DNA from: Malacoraja senta
Taxonomy: Eukaryota
DNA length: 64,000 bases
Reading direction: 5' to 3'
Assembly (NCBI GenBank): GCA_038087875.1
Contig: CM075987.1
Coordinates: forward strand, 23,438,001 to 23,502,000
Below, piece by piece: positions 39,896-52,727 of this stretch (within the stretch, counting starts at the first letter, position 1; every line of letters begins with the position of its first letter). Made by a program: the position numbers and the translations under genes. The notes below the pieces were generated by a model that was given only the letters and a program-made list of their open reading frames with translations, was not told where the DNA came from and made no database searches.

Positions 39896-40779
39896 CACTG
39901 GAACATGTAATGGTGGGAAGGCGCTGCGTACCAAACGTCTTGCAGCCGAGGTTGGATTCCAGCCGTTGAACAGGCCGGACTCCACAGTGGGTCAGCACCA
40001 ACACCAGCACAGGCAGCCCGGTCGACAGCACCCCCTGCTGATCACCCGCTCTGTGCGGCTTCAGTCAGTCTGATCACAGTTCAGGAGCAGAGTGATTGAC
40101 ACAAAATGCTGGAGTAACTTAGCGGGTCCGGCAGCATCAGTTCATGTGATAGGAGCAGAATTAGGCCATTCGGCCCAACAAGTCTACTCCACCATTCAAT
40201 CATGGCTGATCTATCTCTCCCTCCTAACCCCATTCTCCTGCCTTCTCCCCATAACCTCTGACACCCGTACAAATCAAGAATCTATCACTGCCTTAAAAAT
40301 ATCCATTAATTTGGCCTCAACAGGCAATGAATTCCACAGATTCACCACCCTCTGACTAAAGAAATTCCTGCTCATCTCCTTCCTAAATTTTGAGGAATTC
40401 TGAGGCTGGTCCTAGACTCTCCCACTAGTGGAAACATCCTCTCCACATCTACTCTATCCAGGCCTATCACCATCCAGTAAGTTTCAATGAGGTCCCCATT
40501 CGTCCTTCTGCATCTCTGGATAGGAGGAATGGGTGATGTTTCGGGTCGGGACCCTTCTTCAGACTGAGAGTCAGGGGAGGGGGAACTGAGAGACTCGGGT
40601 GCCAGCCTGACTCACAGTCAGTATTGCTCATTCCCGCCTCTCTCGGCGCTCATGAACGGGACCTTCTTCTCAGGCGATCCCTGGGCAGTGAAGATGACTT
40701 GCTTCCAATCCTGTGAGGATGGTGGAGGAAGGAGCAGAGTCAGCAGAGGGGAACCTGTAGATGTGGTGCATCTGAACTG

Positions 40780-41058
40780 CGACCGCACCTTTGTGGTTGC
40801 GGCCCCTAGACTGTGGAACAGCCTCCCCCTTCCCATCAGAACCGCCCCCTCCATCGACTCTTTTAAGTCAAGACTAAAGACTTATCCATACTCCCAAGCC
40901 TTTCCTGACGTCCTCTGAGTGAGGGCTATATGTATATATGTATGTAGTTTGTTTTGTTGTGCTATTTCTTATAACAAATGTAAAGCACTTTGGCCAACGA
41001 GAGTTGTTTTTTAAATGTGCTATATAAATAAAAGTGACTTGACTTGACTTGACTTGAA
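40780..41058 (+). mobile_element. L2 LINE 3' end
   Basis: DRTFVVAAPRLWNSLPLPIRTAPSIDSFKSRLKT followed by a 3'UTR ending (GACTT)n. The same tail occurs at 12563-12634. Confidence 0.8.
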
Positions 41059-42467
41059 CTACCAAAAGGCATTTGACAAGGTTAGTGTGACTCTAACAGT
41101 GACACCCCCCCCCCCCCATCCCTCACTGTAACACTGACACACCCCTCACCCCAGTGTACAGAGGGGTGTATCACTGTAACACTGACACACCCCTCACCTA
41201 TCACCGTTTCAGACTGCAGCACGCACTTTACACAAGTCACTGTCATCTGTCCCACTCCGCAGCCATCATCGTTCCGACACGCCAAATCCCTCATTGTCTA
41301 GTTGTGACGTTGTTCACACTGAGAGATCTTCCCAAGCCCAGTGGGGAATGTGAGGTGCTTCACTATAACACACCAACACCCCCCTCTGTAACATGCCCCC
41401 CCCCCCACCCCAGTATAAAATAGCAATCAACCCCACATCCTTCAATGTAACGCTCCAATATCCTCTCCCTGCGTTGTGATAATTCCTCTAACAGAATGCA
41501 GTTGAACATGGAATGTTTTGTGGTTGGCTGTTCCTGACTTCTATTACAAAATTACAGATTCAACAATTGCCATTTGCTGGATTTTTCAGTTTTTTTGGCA
41601 TGAAAATTTTTTTCTAATGGAAACCATCTGCGCTCGGCAAGAGAGGCCGGCACATTGGGTGGAGGAGACACAGTGAAACCCCACACCCACTGCAACCTGC
41701 AAGGCGGAGGTGTGGGAGGGGGGGGGGGTGATACCATGCAGGGGCTGGCAAAGAGGGGTGGATGCCCGTGTCGATAGATTCTTCCCCAGTGGGACAGGGG
41801 GGGGGGGGTTCAAAGCAACACCGCTCTTAAGCATGCCCGGCCTTCGCTGAGACGTGGCCAAACTTCACGTCCCACAGGCAAGTTCAGGCACCAGGCCAAG
41901 GACTGCGGGATGAATTCAGTGAATGGGAATTACTGTAGTTCTGTGTAAATTATAATTACGCGCAGAGCTCTTGTGAATATTCCCCACTTTCTCTTCACAC
42001 AACGGGCAGGAGGGAGGGTCAACGAAGAGTATCCGACACTGGGAGAGGGGAGAAGTAGTGGGACATGCAGTGTCAAGCCCACTGTTTCTCTGCGATTCAA
42101 TGTCAGGACGCTGGCTTGTCAAAGCCAGTGGACCGTGCCAGAGCTCGTACTCTGCACACAAGCACCTGGTGTCGCGAACATTACCGGAAAGTTTAGTTCA
42201 GTTCAATGTAATTTCAGTCCCTCCGGCCCCACCTGCAGGGACCAGCGAGCACCCCACACACGTAACGCTATCCCACACACACACACACACACCAGGGAAT
42301 ATTTACAATCTTTGCCAAAGCCAATTAACCGACAAAACTGCACGTCTTTGGGGTGTGGGAGAAACCGGAGCAGCCGGAGAAAACCCACGCTGGTTACAGG
42401 GAGAACTGCAAACTCCACGCAGACAGCGCCCGCGGTTAGGATCGAAGCCGGGGCTCAAGCGCTGTAA

Positions 42468-42886
42468 AGGGCCTGCGCCAACTTGGGCGAACTAATCCGC
42501 GATTCTGGCGAGTTTGCCCTCGACTCATACTCGCAGCACGGTCGACACGAGGTCGTAGGAGGTCTTCGTAACTCTCCTTCATGCTCGAGAGTGGTCTCCG
42601 CGTACTGAAGGCCTCAGCTAGGTCGCGGCGTTTTTTTTCAATATGTTAAAAAATGTCCGCGGAAAAAAAAGGTCGCCGCGGTAAAAAATCGATACTTTTT
42701 TTACTCGTAGGTTTAGTCGTGGTAGGTCGTAGTAGGTCGACATGTTAGTCGTAGGTAATCGAGGGTAGTCGAAGGTAGTCGTAGATAGTCTTCATCATAG
42801 TCGAAGGGAGGTTGAAGGAGATCGAAGGAGGTCTTCAACATGTCATTTTTTCAAACTCTTCTAAACTCGCCCAAGTGGGACAGCCC
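42468..42886. mobile_element. MITE, Harbinger-like, inserted in a minus-strand SINE
   Basis: Termini AGGGCCTG..ACTTGGGCGA and TCGCCCAAGTGGGACAGCCC, related to the 16171 element. Follows SINE sequence GCGCTGTAA. Confidence 0.75.
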
Positions 42887-43399
42887 TACCACTGCGCCAC
42901 CATTGTGTTTGTACTGGCTCTTGGGAGAAAGAACACTTGTACTTGGTCTCACATCTTACCATCACACAATTGCTCTACCTTCTAACCAAGCTCTTTATTA
43001 GTTGGTTATAGCTGTTGCAGCTTTAGAGATCAGGGGTCTCATATCCCAACAACTCCTAGTGAAACATTTCTCCTCAGCCTTCTCAATCCATCAGTGGTTG
43101 CTTCTGTAGTGTAGCTCCTTATCCTGTGGGAAAGTACGACTGTCCTCTGTGCCAGAATTGCTGTAAGTGACTCCAGTGCCTTCCAACATGGTGGACCCTT
43201 CTCTGCCCACCTCAGTCACCTGGCCAAGTACTCGTTGTATCAGATATTGAGAAGGTCCAGCCACCTTGTCGCAGGACAGCTGGATGAGGAACAAATGCAG
43301 TTTGTACAGCAGATCCCACTAATGAGTCACTATCAAACCATCACACGTCACGGAAACAGGTCCTCCGGCCATCTCCTCTGCCGTTCCCCAAGACACCTC

Positions 43400-43715
43400 G
43401 GAAGAATAGTGAAAGGCCTGGATAGAGTGGATGTGGAGAGGATGTTTCCATTAGTGGGAGAGTCCAGGACCAGAGACCATAGCCTCAGAGTTAAAGGACG
43501 TTCCTTTAGGAAGGAGATGAGGAGGAATTTCTTTGGTCAGAGGGTGGTGAATCTGTGGAATTCATTGCCACAGATGGTTGTAGAGGCCGTCAGTGGATAT
43601 TTTTAAGGTGGAGATCGATAGATTCTTGATTAGTACGGGTGTGAGGGGTTATGGGGAGAAGGCAGGAGAATGGGGTTGAGAGGGAGAGATAGATCAGCCA
43701 TGATTGATTGGCGTA
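43400..43715 (+). mobile_element. CR1 LINE 3' fragment
   Basis: KGLDRVDVERMFPLVGESRTR...QRVVNLWNSLP. Confidence 0.85.
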
Positions 43716-43979
43716 GACGACGATGGCCTCATCTAAAACAGTCCTTATTTGCTTATATTTGGCCTGTATACCTCGTAACCTTTGCTTTCTTCTTGCGTAT
43801 GGCATGCACAGCCTAAAGTTGGTCAACTTGTTCTATTTGATCTATTTGTTTGTGCACGTCGAGTTGATTGCATAAGTCGAAACAGGGTGGACCATGTGAA
43901 GGTTGCAATCGCCCACCCCAACCTTTATCAATGTATCTGTTCAAGGGTCTTTTAAATGTTGTTATTGACCTCAGTCGAG

Positions 43980-44768
43980 AACACACACTAGACAGACACG
44001 CACATTAGACATACACACTACACATACACACACACACACTACACATACACTACACATACACACACACACACACACTACACACATAATACAGACACACACA
44101 CTACACATACACACACACTACACATACACACACACTACACACACACACACACAACACACAGACACACACACACACACATATAATACAGACACACACACAC
44201 ACACAACACATACACGCACACAACACATACACACACACTACACATACACACACACTACACATACACACACACTACACATACACACACACTACACATACAC
44301 ACACACTACACATACACACTAATACATACACACACACACTACACAGGTACACACACTACACATACACACACAACACATACACACACACTACACATACACA
44401 CACACTACACATACACACACACAACACATACACACACACTACACATACACACACACTACACATACACACACACTACACATACACACACACTACACATACA
44501 CACTACACATACACACACACTACACAGACACACACACACACACACAACACACACACACACACTACACATACACACACACTACACATACACACACACTACA
44601 CATACACACACACTACACATACACACTACACATACACACACACTACACAGACACACACACACACACAAACACATACACACACACTACACATACACACACA
44701 TAACACATACACACACACTACACATACACACACACTACACATACACACACACACACACACATAATACA

Positions 44769-44828
<60 letters not shown>

Positions 44829-44871
44829 ACACACACACACACACACACCACGGACACACACAGACACACAT

Positions 44872-44907
<36 letters not shown>

Positions 44908-44990
44908 CACACAGACAGACACACACACAACACACATACACACACACAACACATACACACACACACTACACACACACACACACTACACAG
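43980..44990. repeat. CA-rich compound microsatellite (CACACTACACATA-type units)
   Basis: Direct inspection. Confidence 0.95.
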
Positions 44991-45494
44991 ACATCCTCAA
45001 GTACCAAGCAACACCAATTTACACTAACGGCCATTAAACAGTCTAAACGCTCCAGAGAAAATCCGAAGAGAAATGAGAATGAAGACTTGTTGGGCTTTAT
45101 GCGGGGGATTGAGGGGTGGGTGAGAGTCATGGTGGACATTGGAGAGCCTTAGACTTTGACAGCTGAAGGCAGACCTGCCATGATGGAGGATGGAGATGGG
45201 GAGCAGAGTCTCAGGGAGCTGGGGGGGTCCAGAGGTGGGGAGGGCAGAGAGTGATGGGATAAAATGAGAGCGTTACAATGGAGGCTTGGTGGACCAAGAA
45301 ACATTGGGAGAGCACGGGGTGGTGCAGAGGGCACAAGGGCTGAGTGACTCTGGGCGGGAAGCTTTTGGAAAAGCTGCCGTTTACTGAGGGTGGCAGGAGA
45401 TGGAGTAGGAATGGACTTGGATGTGGACACAGGAAGAGCTCAATAGACTCAAAGACATGGGGGCATTAATTTTGTCTTTTTGCTTTATTATTGT

Positions 45495-45527
45495 TTGTTT
45501 GTGTATATATACACACAAATATAATAG

Positions 45528-45577
<50 letters not shown>

Positions 45578-45735
45578 GCACACACACACATGCACACATA
45601 TGCATTTATACACACACATTTATATATATATGCATACACACACACATATATATACACACACATATGCATACACACACATATACACGCATATACAAATACA
45701 TGCATACATATGCACATGCACACACATATATATGT
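45495..45735. repeat. (CA)/(TA) microsatellite
   Basis: Direct inspection. Confidence 0.9.
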
Positions 45736-45811
45736 AACGTTTTAGTTATTATACTGTTTACGGAGCACTATGTTCACATATGTTTACATGCTGTGCTGCT
45801 GGAGGTGACTA

Positions 45812-47186
45812 CAGTGCCCTCCATAACGTTTGGGACAAAGACCCATGATTTATTTATTTGCCTCTGTACTCCACAATTTGAGATTTGTAATAGAAAAAAT
45901 AATCACATGAGGTTAAAGTGCACATTGTCAGATTTTATTAAAGGGTATTTTTATACATTTTGGTTTGACCATGTAGAAATTACAGCTGTGTTTATACATA
46001 GTCCCCCCATTTCAGGGCACCATAATGTTTGGGACACATGGTTTCACAGGTGTTTGTAATTGCTCAGGTGCGTTTAAATGCCTCCTTAATGCAGGGATAA
46101 GAGAGCTCTCAGCACCTAGTCTGTCCATCACCTTTGGAAACTTTCATTGCTGTTTATCAACATGAGGACCAACGTTGTGCCAATGAAAGTCAAAGAAGCC
46201 ATTATGAGACTGAGAAACAAGAATAAAACTGTTCGAGACATCAGCCAAACCTGAGGCTTAGCAAAATCAACTGTTTGGAACATCATTAAGAAGAAAGAGA
46301 TCACTGGTGAGCTTACTAATCGCAAAGGGACTGGCTGGCCAAGGAAGACCTCCACAGCTGATGACAGAAGAATTCTCTCTATAATAACGAACAATCCACA
46401 AACACCTGTCCGACAGATCAGAAACACCCTTCAGGAGTCAGGTGTGGATTTGTCAATGACCACTGTCCAAAGAAGACTTCATGAACAGAAATACAGAGGT
46501 GGGGGTGTTATGGCCTGGGCATGTATGGCTGCTGAAGGAACTGGCTCACTTATCTTCATTGATGATACAACTGCTGATGGTAGTAGCATATTGAATTCTG
46601 AAGTGTATAGACACATCCGATCTGTTCAAGTTCAAACAAACGCCTCAAAACTCATTGGCCTGCGGTTCATTCTACAGCAAGACAATGATCCCAAACATAC
46701 TGCTAAAGCAACAAAGGAGTTTTTCAAAGCTAAAAAATGGTCACTTCTTGAGTGGCCGAGTCAATCACCCGATCTGAACCCAATTGAGCATGCCTTTTAT
46801 ATGCTGAAGAGGAAACTGAAGGGGACTAGCCCCCAAAACAAGCATAAGCTAAAGATGGCTGCAATACAGGCCTGGCAGAGCATCACCAGAGAAGACACCC
46901 AGCAACTGGTGATGTCCATGAATCGCAGACTTCAAGCAGTCTTTCATTTGTGACATTGCTGTGTCCCAAACATTATGGTGCCCTGAAATGGGGGGCCTAT
47001 GTATAAACACTGCTGTAATTTCTACATGGTGAAACCAAAATGTATAAAAATGGCCTTTATTAAAATCTGACAATGTGCACTTTAACCACATGTGATTTTT
47101 TTTCCTATTACAAATCTCAAATTGTGGAGTACAGAGGCAAATAAATAAATGATGGGTCTTTGTCCCAAACATTATGGAGGGCACTG
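45812..47186 (+). mobile_element. Tc1-family (DD34E) DNA transposon, IR/DR type, internally deleted, defective
   Basis: TA|CAGTGCCCTCCATAA...TTATGGAGGGCACTG|TA. TIRs are ~220 bp with inner repeats of CATAATGTTTGGGACA. The transposase remnant has QQDNDPKH...SPDLNPIE with 34 residues between D and E, and an in-frame TGA near 46252. Confidence 0.96.
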
Positions 47187-48134
47187 TACTTGTTCAGTTT
47201 GGGACATCTGACACTCTTGAGTTAAGGCTGGGTGGGTGAACCCGGGGCAGCAACTCTGGGGGAAACTGTTTGTCATGTCAGAGGTTGAGAGAACATTGCA
47301 ATTTTCTGCTAAGCTCCACTTCTGGTCCCAAACTCCTGCGGCTTAGCTTCTGCTCAAGACTGGAGTGCTCAGAATTTTAAATACTTCACTGTCCCAACTT
47401 CACCTCAAACTGTGGATAAATTAAACAACACTTTTCACTCCCCGAGAGTCTGCAACTGCTTAGGGCGATGGCTCACACTGTTTGCTTAGCACATCATTTT
47501 CTTTAGCCCCATCCAAGTGGTGATACCAGACTCCTGTCTCTGGGCAGGAGGGGAGGGGTGGAGAAGGTCTGTGGCTAGCTTTGCCCCCCAGTAAACAGCC
47601 ACAACAGCCTCAAGGATCGACTGCTGGGCTCGTGGCTCCGGAGTGTCCTGTCAGCATTTAGTGAGGCCTCCACACCATTGTAGAGGGCATTGAGCTGAGG
47701 GAATGAAGGAGACAGTGAGCCAGGTCATAGAGTCATACAGCATGGAAACAGGCCCTTCGGCCCAACTTGCCCATGCCGACCAAGATTCAGTTCAGTTTAG
47801 TTTATTGTCACGTGTACCGAGGTACAATGAAAAGCTTTTGTTGCGCGCTAACAAAAAGTTGCGTCCCCATCGACACTGGTCCCGCCTGCCCACCTTTGGC
47901 CCCTGTCCCTCTAAACCTTTCTGATCCATGTACCTGTCCAAATGTCTTTGAACGTTACTCCTGTATTGCCTTCCAGATCTTTGCACCTTACAGCTTGAAA
48001 ACAAGTTCATGAAATCACCTCTGGGCAGTTTGAAAGGACTGGTGGTTATTGAACTAATAGCATGAGATCTGTTTTCCAATGTTGCTTCATAATTGGTTTT
48101 GGCTGCTTTGTCTCTCGTTCTAATCCTTTATCTA

Positions 48135-48630
48135 GTTTAGTTCAGTTTAGATTATTGTCACGTGTACCGAGGGGCAGTGAGAAGCATTTGCTGCCTGCTA
48201 ACCAGTCAGCGGAAAGACTATACATGGTTACAATCGAGCCATTTACAGTGTATAGATACATGATAAGGGAATAACGTTTAGTGCAAGGTAAAGCCAGCAA
48301 AGTCCAATCAAGGATAGTCCAAGGGTCACCAGCCAGGTAGATAGTAGTTCAGCACTGTTCTCTGGTTGTGGTAGGATGGTTAGTTACCTGATAACAGCTG
48401 GGAAGAAACTGTCCCTAAATCTGGAGGTGTGTGTGTTTTCACACTTCTGTACCTTTTGCCCGATGGGAGAGGGGAGAAGAGGCAGTGGCCGGGGTGCGAC
48501 TCGTCCTTGATTATGCTGCTGGCCTTGCCGAGGTAGCACGAGGTATAAATGGAGTCAATGGAAGGGAGTTTGGTTTGTGTGATGGTCTGGGCTGCAATTT
48601 CTTGCTGTCTTGGATGGAGCTGTTCCCAAA
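48135..48630 (-). mobile_element. Rex1/Babar-like LINE 3' fragment
   Basis: LPSIDSIYTSCYLGKASSIIKDESHPGHCLFSPLPSGKRYRS. Confidence 0.8.
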
Positions 48631-51600
48631 CCAAATCTCCTCCACCCCTTTGTTTCGTTCTCCACCTCACCCCTCTCGTCATCTCTCCTTCCCTCGTGCT
48701 CCTTTCCCCTTCTTCCGATCCTCTTTCCATAAGTTTTTGATTCTTCCTTTCCGATATTTTCATTTCACACTCCCTTTCAGCACAAAGTGTTTCTGTTTAC
48801 TGACCGCATCAAAGCACTTCAACGCATTTCACACTGCTATTAAATTGTCCTTCACCTTCTCGAAGAACAATCACAGATTTTCCCGTCCATAGTTTTAATT
48901 TGAGCATAAACAATCCTCTCATAAAAATATGAACTTGAGACAGGTCACAACACTAGTTCTCACTAGTAGAACATAGAACAGCACAGGAACAGGCCTTTTG
49001 CCCCACAAGGTCCATGCTGGGCATGACGCCAAGCTTCCTTTATCATCGTTTGCTTTTTTGTATATCTTTCATTTATTTGTTCTCTATCTCTCTACATCAC
49101 CGTCTATATCTCTCATTTCCCTTTCCCCTGACTCTCAGTCTGAGGAAGGGTCTTGACCCAAAACGTCACCTATTCCTTTTCTCCAGAGATGCTGCCTGAC
49201 CTGCTGAGTTACCCCAGCACTTTGTGTCTATCTTCGGTTTAAATCACCATCTGCAGTTCCTTCCTACACAGGCTAAGTTAAACTAATCTCCTCTGCCTGC
49301 ACGTGATCCATATCCTCCCATTCCCTGCATTATGTGTCCATCTCCAAGACACTTAAATGCCACTATTGCACCTACCTCCACCGCCATTGACGATTCTGTG
49401 TAAAAAATCTTTCCCCACACATATCCTCTCACCTCAAGGTCTGCCTTCTCGTCTTTGATATTTTCACCTCGGGGGATGGGGGGGGGGGGGTTCTTCTACC
49501 TGTCAACCCAATCTATGCCTCTCATAATTTTATATACATCTATCAGATCTCCCCTCTGCCTCTGACGCTCCAGATAAGTTTCCTGCCGTTTTATAAGGTC
49601 CTTGTTGTTGAATTCCTGCTTCTACTAAAAAAAATAATGTTTGAAGAGCCAAGAATTCCAAATGGCTTTTAACCCCCTTGGCTTAATCCACCTCCTTGAG
49701 AATCTGTGCATCTGCCGGCCAAGGTCCGGGTTTCTAAGTTTTCATTACTTTGTAACTCAAAGCTTCTGGGCTTGGATTACCTTGTTTGGTTTTGATCCCA
49801 GGTCACCAGGCAAGCGGTTTAGGACGGAGATGAGGAGACATTCCATCACTCGGTGGGTGGCGAACGCGAGACTTTCTCCACCCTGGAAGCCTGTGGCTGG
49901 CCAAGTTGCTGAATGTGTTTACAAAGGAGCAGAGAGAGAGAGAGTTCTCGATGCAATAAGGACAGAGCTGGTGTATGGTATCGAGCTGGAGGAGAAGCAA
50001 CGATTGTATTGAATGGCGGGTGGGTGGGGGCGGGCTGGAAGGAACTATTGGCCTAGTTCTGATCCATCAACGATAGAGTGGATGCGGGGAGGATGTTTCT
50101 ACCAATGAGAGAGTCTAGGACCAGAGGCCATGACCTCGGAATAAAAGGTCGTACCTTTAGGAAGGAGATGAGGAGGAATTTCTTTAGTCAGAGGGTGGTG
50201 AATCTGCGGAATTCTTTGCCACAGGAGGCCAAGTCAATGGATATTTTGAAGGCGGAGGTTGACAGATTCTTGATTAGTACGGGTGTCAGGGGTTACAGAC
50301 TCTCCCACTAGTAGAAGCATCTCCTCCACATCCACTCTGTGTGTACTGAGTGTACCGACCTCAACTACTTCCTCTGGCAGCTCATTCTCCTCCAGACGAG
50401 TTGGTCGGTATCAATCAATTCCACATAAATGGAAATGAGGAAACAGCGAGTGATTCAAGGCCAACTATTGAGGGACGACATCAGAATATGACGACTTCAG
50501 CAGATATTGGTGTCAGTAAACTAAATGAAGCCATTAGGCTGACGAAGGGTCCCGACCTGAAACAGCGCCTGTCCACGTCCTCCAGACATGCTGCCTGACC
50601 GGCTGAGTTACTCCAGCACTCTGTGTTTTACTCAAGACTCCAGCATCTGCAGTTCCTTGTGGCTTCAGTTCCATTTCTCTTCAATGACGACCAGAGACAT
50701 GAAGGTTTTGTGTTATGGGTCTGCCACCTGGTGGCCGTGTCCTGAATGACGAGGGCAGCCATTTGGCACCTTGACACTCCTGAAGTCGCGTCTCCTGCAA
50801 AAGGTCGTTGCAGGAACTCCTTTGCAGATGGTGATTCACATTTGGGGGAACATTATTAAAAACCTCCCTTTAGAGGTTCCTGCTCTCACTCCACGAATCC
50901 TAACATAAACCAAAGTAATTTGGGTTGGAAATAAATCTGCCCATTTCTAGTCCCGGGTCACGTTCTACTCAAAATATTGACTCAATGTTCAAAGTCTGTA
51001 GTATCTTCCCCGAACCAGGGACTTCAACCACACAGACAAGAGTTCAAAGGACAGAGGGTTTGGAGGGATATGGGTCAAAGGCAGGCAGGTGGGACTATTG
51101 TGTAGATGGGGCATCTTGATCAGCATGAGCAAGTTGGGCTGAAGGGCCTGTTTCCACGCGGTGAGGGTCAGTGTGTGTGTGTGGGACCCGTACCCCAGTG
51201 AGGGTTAGTGTCACCCATCCGTTTTCTCCCAGCATCTGCAGTTCCTTTCCACACAACCTTGTTGCAAGCGGCTAGTCTAGCCCTAGAGTCTGAAATTCAC
51301 TCCCTAAACCTTGCTGCCTCTCCCTCTCCTCTGTTCGGAAGCTGCTTAACACCCATGTATTTATCGGCCTAACGTCTTTGCTGGCCCCCTGGGAGGGTTT
51401 AGTAAACAATTTCAATTTGTGAGGAGCTGTAGGAAACGTTAAAACATTAAAGCTTCTACTTCATACAAATTAGTTTTTGTTTCAGGGACATCATTAAGCT
51501 TAAAATACCATAACTTTCTCTTCAATTTCAACTGCTCTCACTGCCGAAATACTGCCACTGGGTTACAAATTTTTGGGGAAGTGCTAGCTTAAGAAATTTC

Positions 51601-51664
51601 TGGAAAGAATGCAAGACCGAGGGCAAAAACTATTAGATTCACCTCCAATACAGCCAGACACAGT

Positions 51665-51935
51665 GGTTTAGTTCAGAGATAGACTCTTCATCCCACCCAG
51701 TCCGCACCAACCAGCGATCCCCCCACACTAACACTATCCTACACATATTCGGGACAGTTTACAATGATACCAAGCCAATTAACCTGTGCGGCTCTGGAGT
51801 GTGGGAGGAAACCGGAGATCCCGGAGAAAACCCACGCAGGTCACGGGGACAAACTCTGTATAGACAAGCACCCGTAGTCAGGATCGAACCCGGGTCTCTG
51901 GCGCTGTAAGGCAGCAACTCTACCGCTGTGCCACA
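51665..51935 (-). mobile_element. tRNA-derived SINE (HE1/V-SINE type)
   Basis: Same consensus. Further copies at 54600-54860 (+), 55355-55650 (+) and 60500-61040 (+). Confidence 0.85.
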
Positions 51936-52727
51936 GGGCTGAGGGCTCATTCTTGCCCAGACTGAGGTCAGCTAACTCCCCAGAAACCCGGCTCTTCCGG
52001 TCTATGCCCACAGATCAAAACTTTCATCCTACACAAATCTCACAGCAATATGACTTACAATGTTTTAGAAAACAAGTTACAGAGGGTTTTTATTTAAATC
52101 AATATTTTCTTTGTACAACTCAATGTTATTGCTGTTTATTATGTATTTATTTGTTATCTTTCTGCATGAATGTGCCTGTAAAGCTACAGTGTGAGAATGT
52201 AATTTTAAAAAAAGGAACTGCAGATGCTGGTTTATACCATAGATACAAAGTGCTGGAGTAACTCAGCATCTCAGGAGAAAATGGAGAAGTGGCTTTTCAT
52301 GCCGGGACTCTTCTTTAAACTGAATGTCAAGTAAGACAATCACACATTCAGACAACTGAGAATGTCATGGTTGTATTCCTGGTTAAACTATTTGAACCCT
52401 CTTGATTCTGTTACCACAAGTATCTCACAGCCTTGAAAGGTACGACTTCTCCGCTGTGTCCATTAGATGGCAGTGTTGTTCCATTATTGGTGTTAAAGAT
52501 TTCAACTGTTTCAGAAGCTTGGTCATTTTTCCCCAAAAAATAATTCTTGGGAGGGTTGGGATCCTGAAAGTTGGGATTTATTACAAAATAAAATTTCCCC
52601 CAGAATCACATAATGTTTAGAGCACAGGAGCGCACTTAGCCCGGAGTTCATAACCCACTCGATACAAGAGCTTCACCCAATCCACCGTTCAATCCCAATA
52701 TCCCCAGAAAATCTTTGCTTCCAGGTA

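Noticed and set aside
39980..40031. Signal-peptide-like VLSTGLPVLVLVLTHCG as collagen exon 1 on the minus strand
   Set aside because: No in-frame ATG or convincing donor. I could not identify collagen exon 1 anywhere in the window.
38321..40073. Long Cys/Val- or His/Thr-rich ORFs (also 44626-44981, 56927-58115, 58439-59244)
   Set aside because: Translations of dinucleotide microsatellites.
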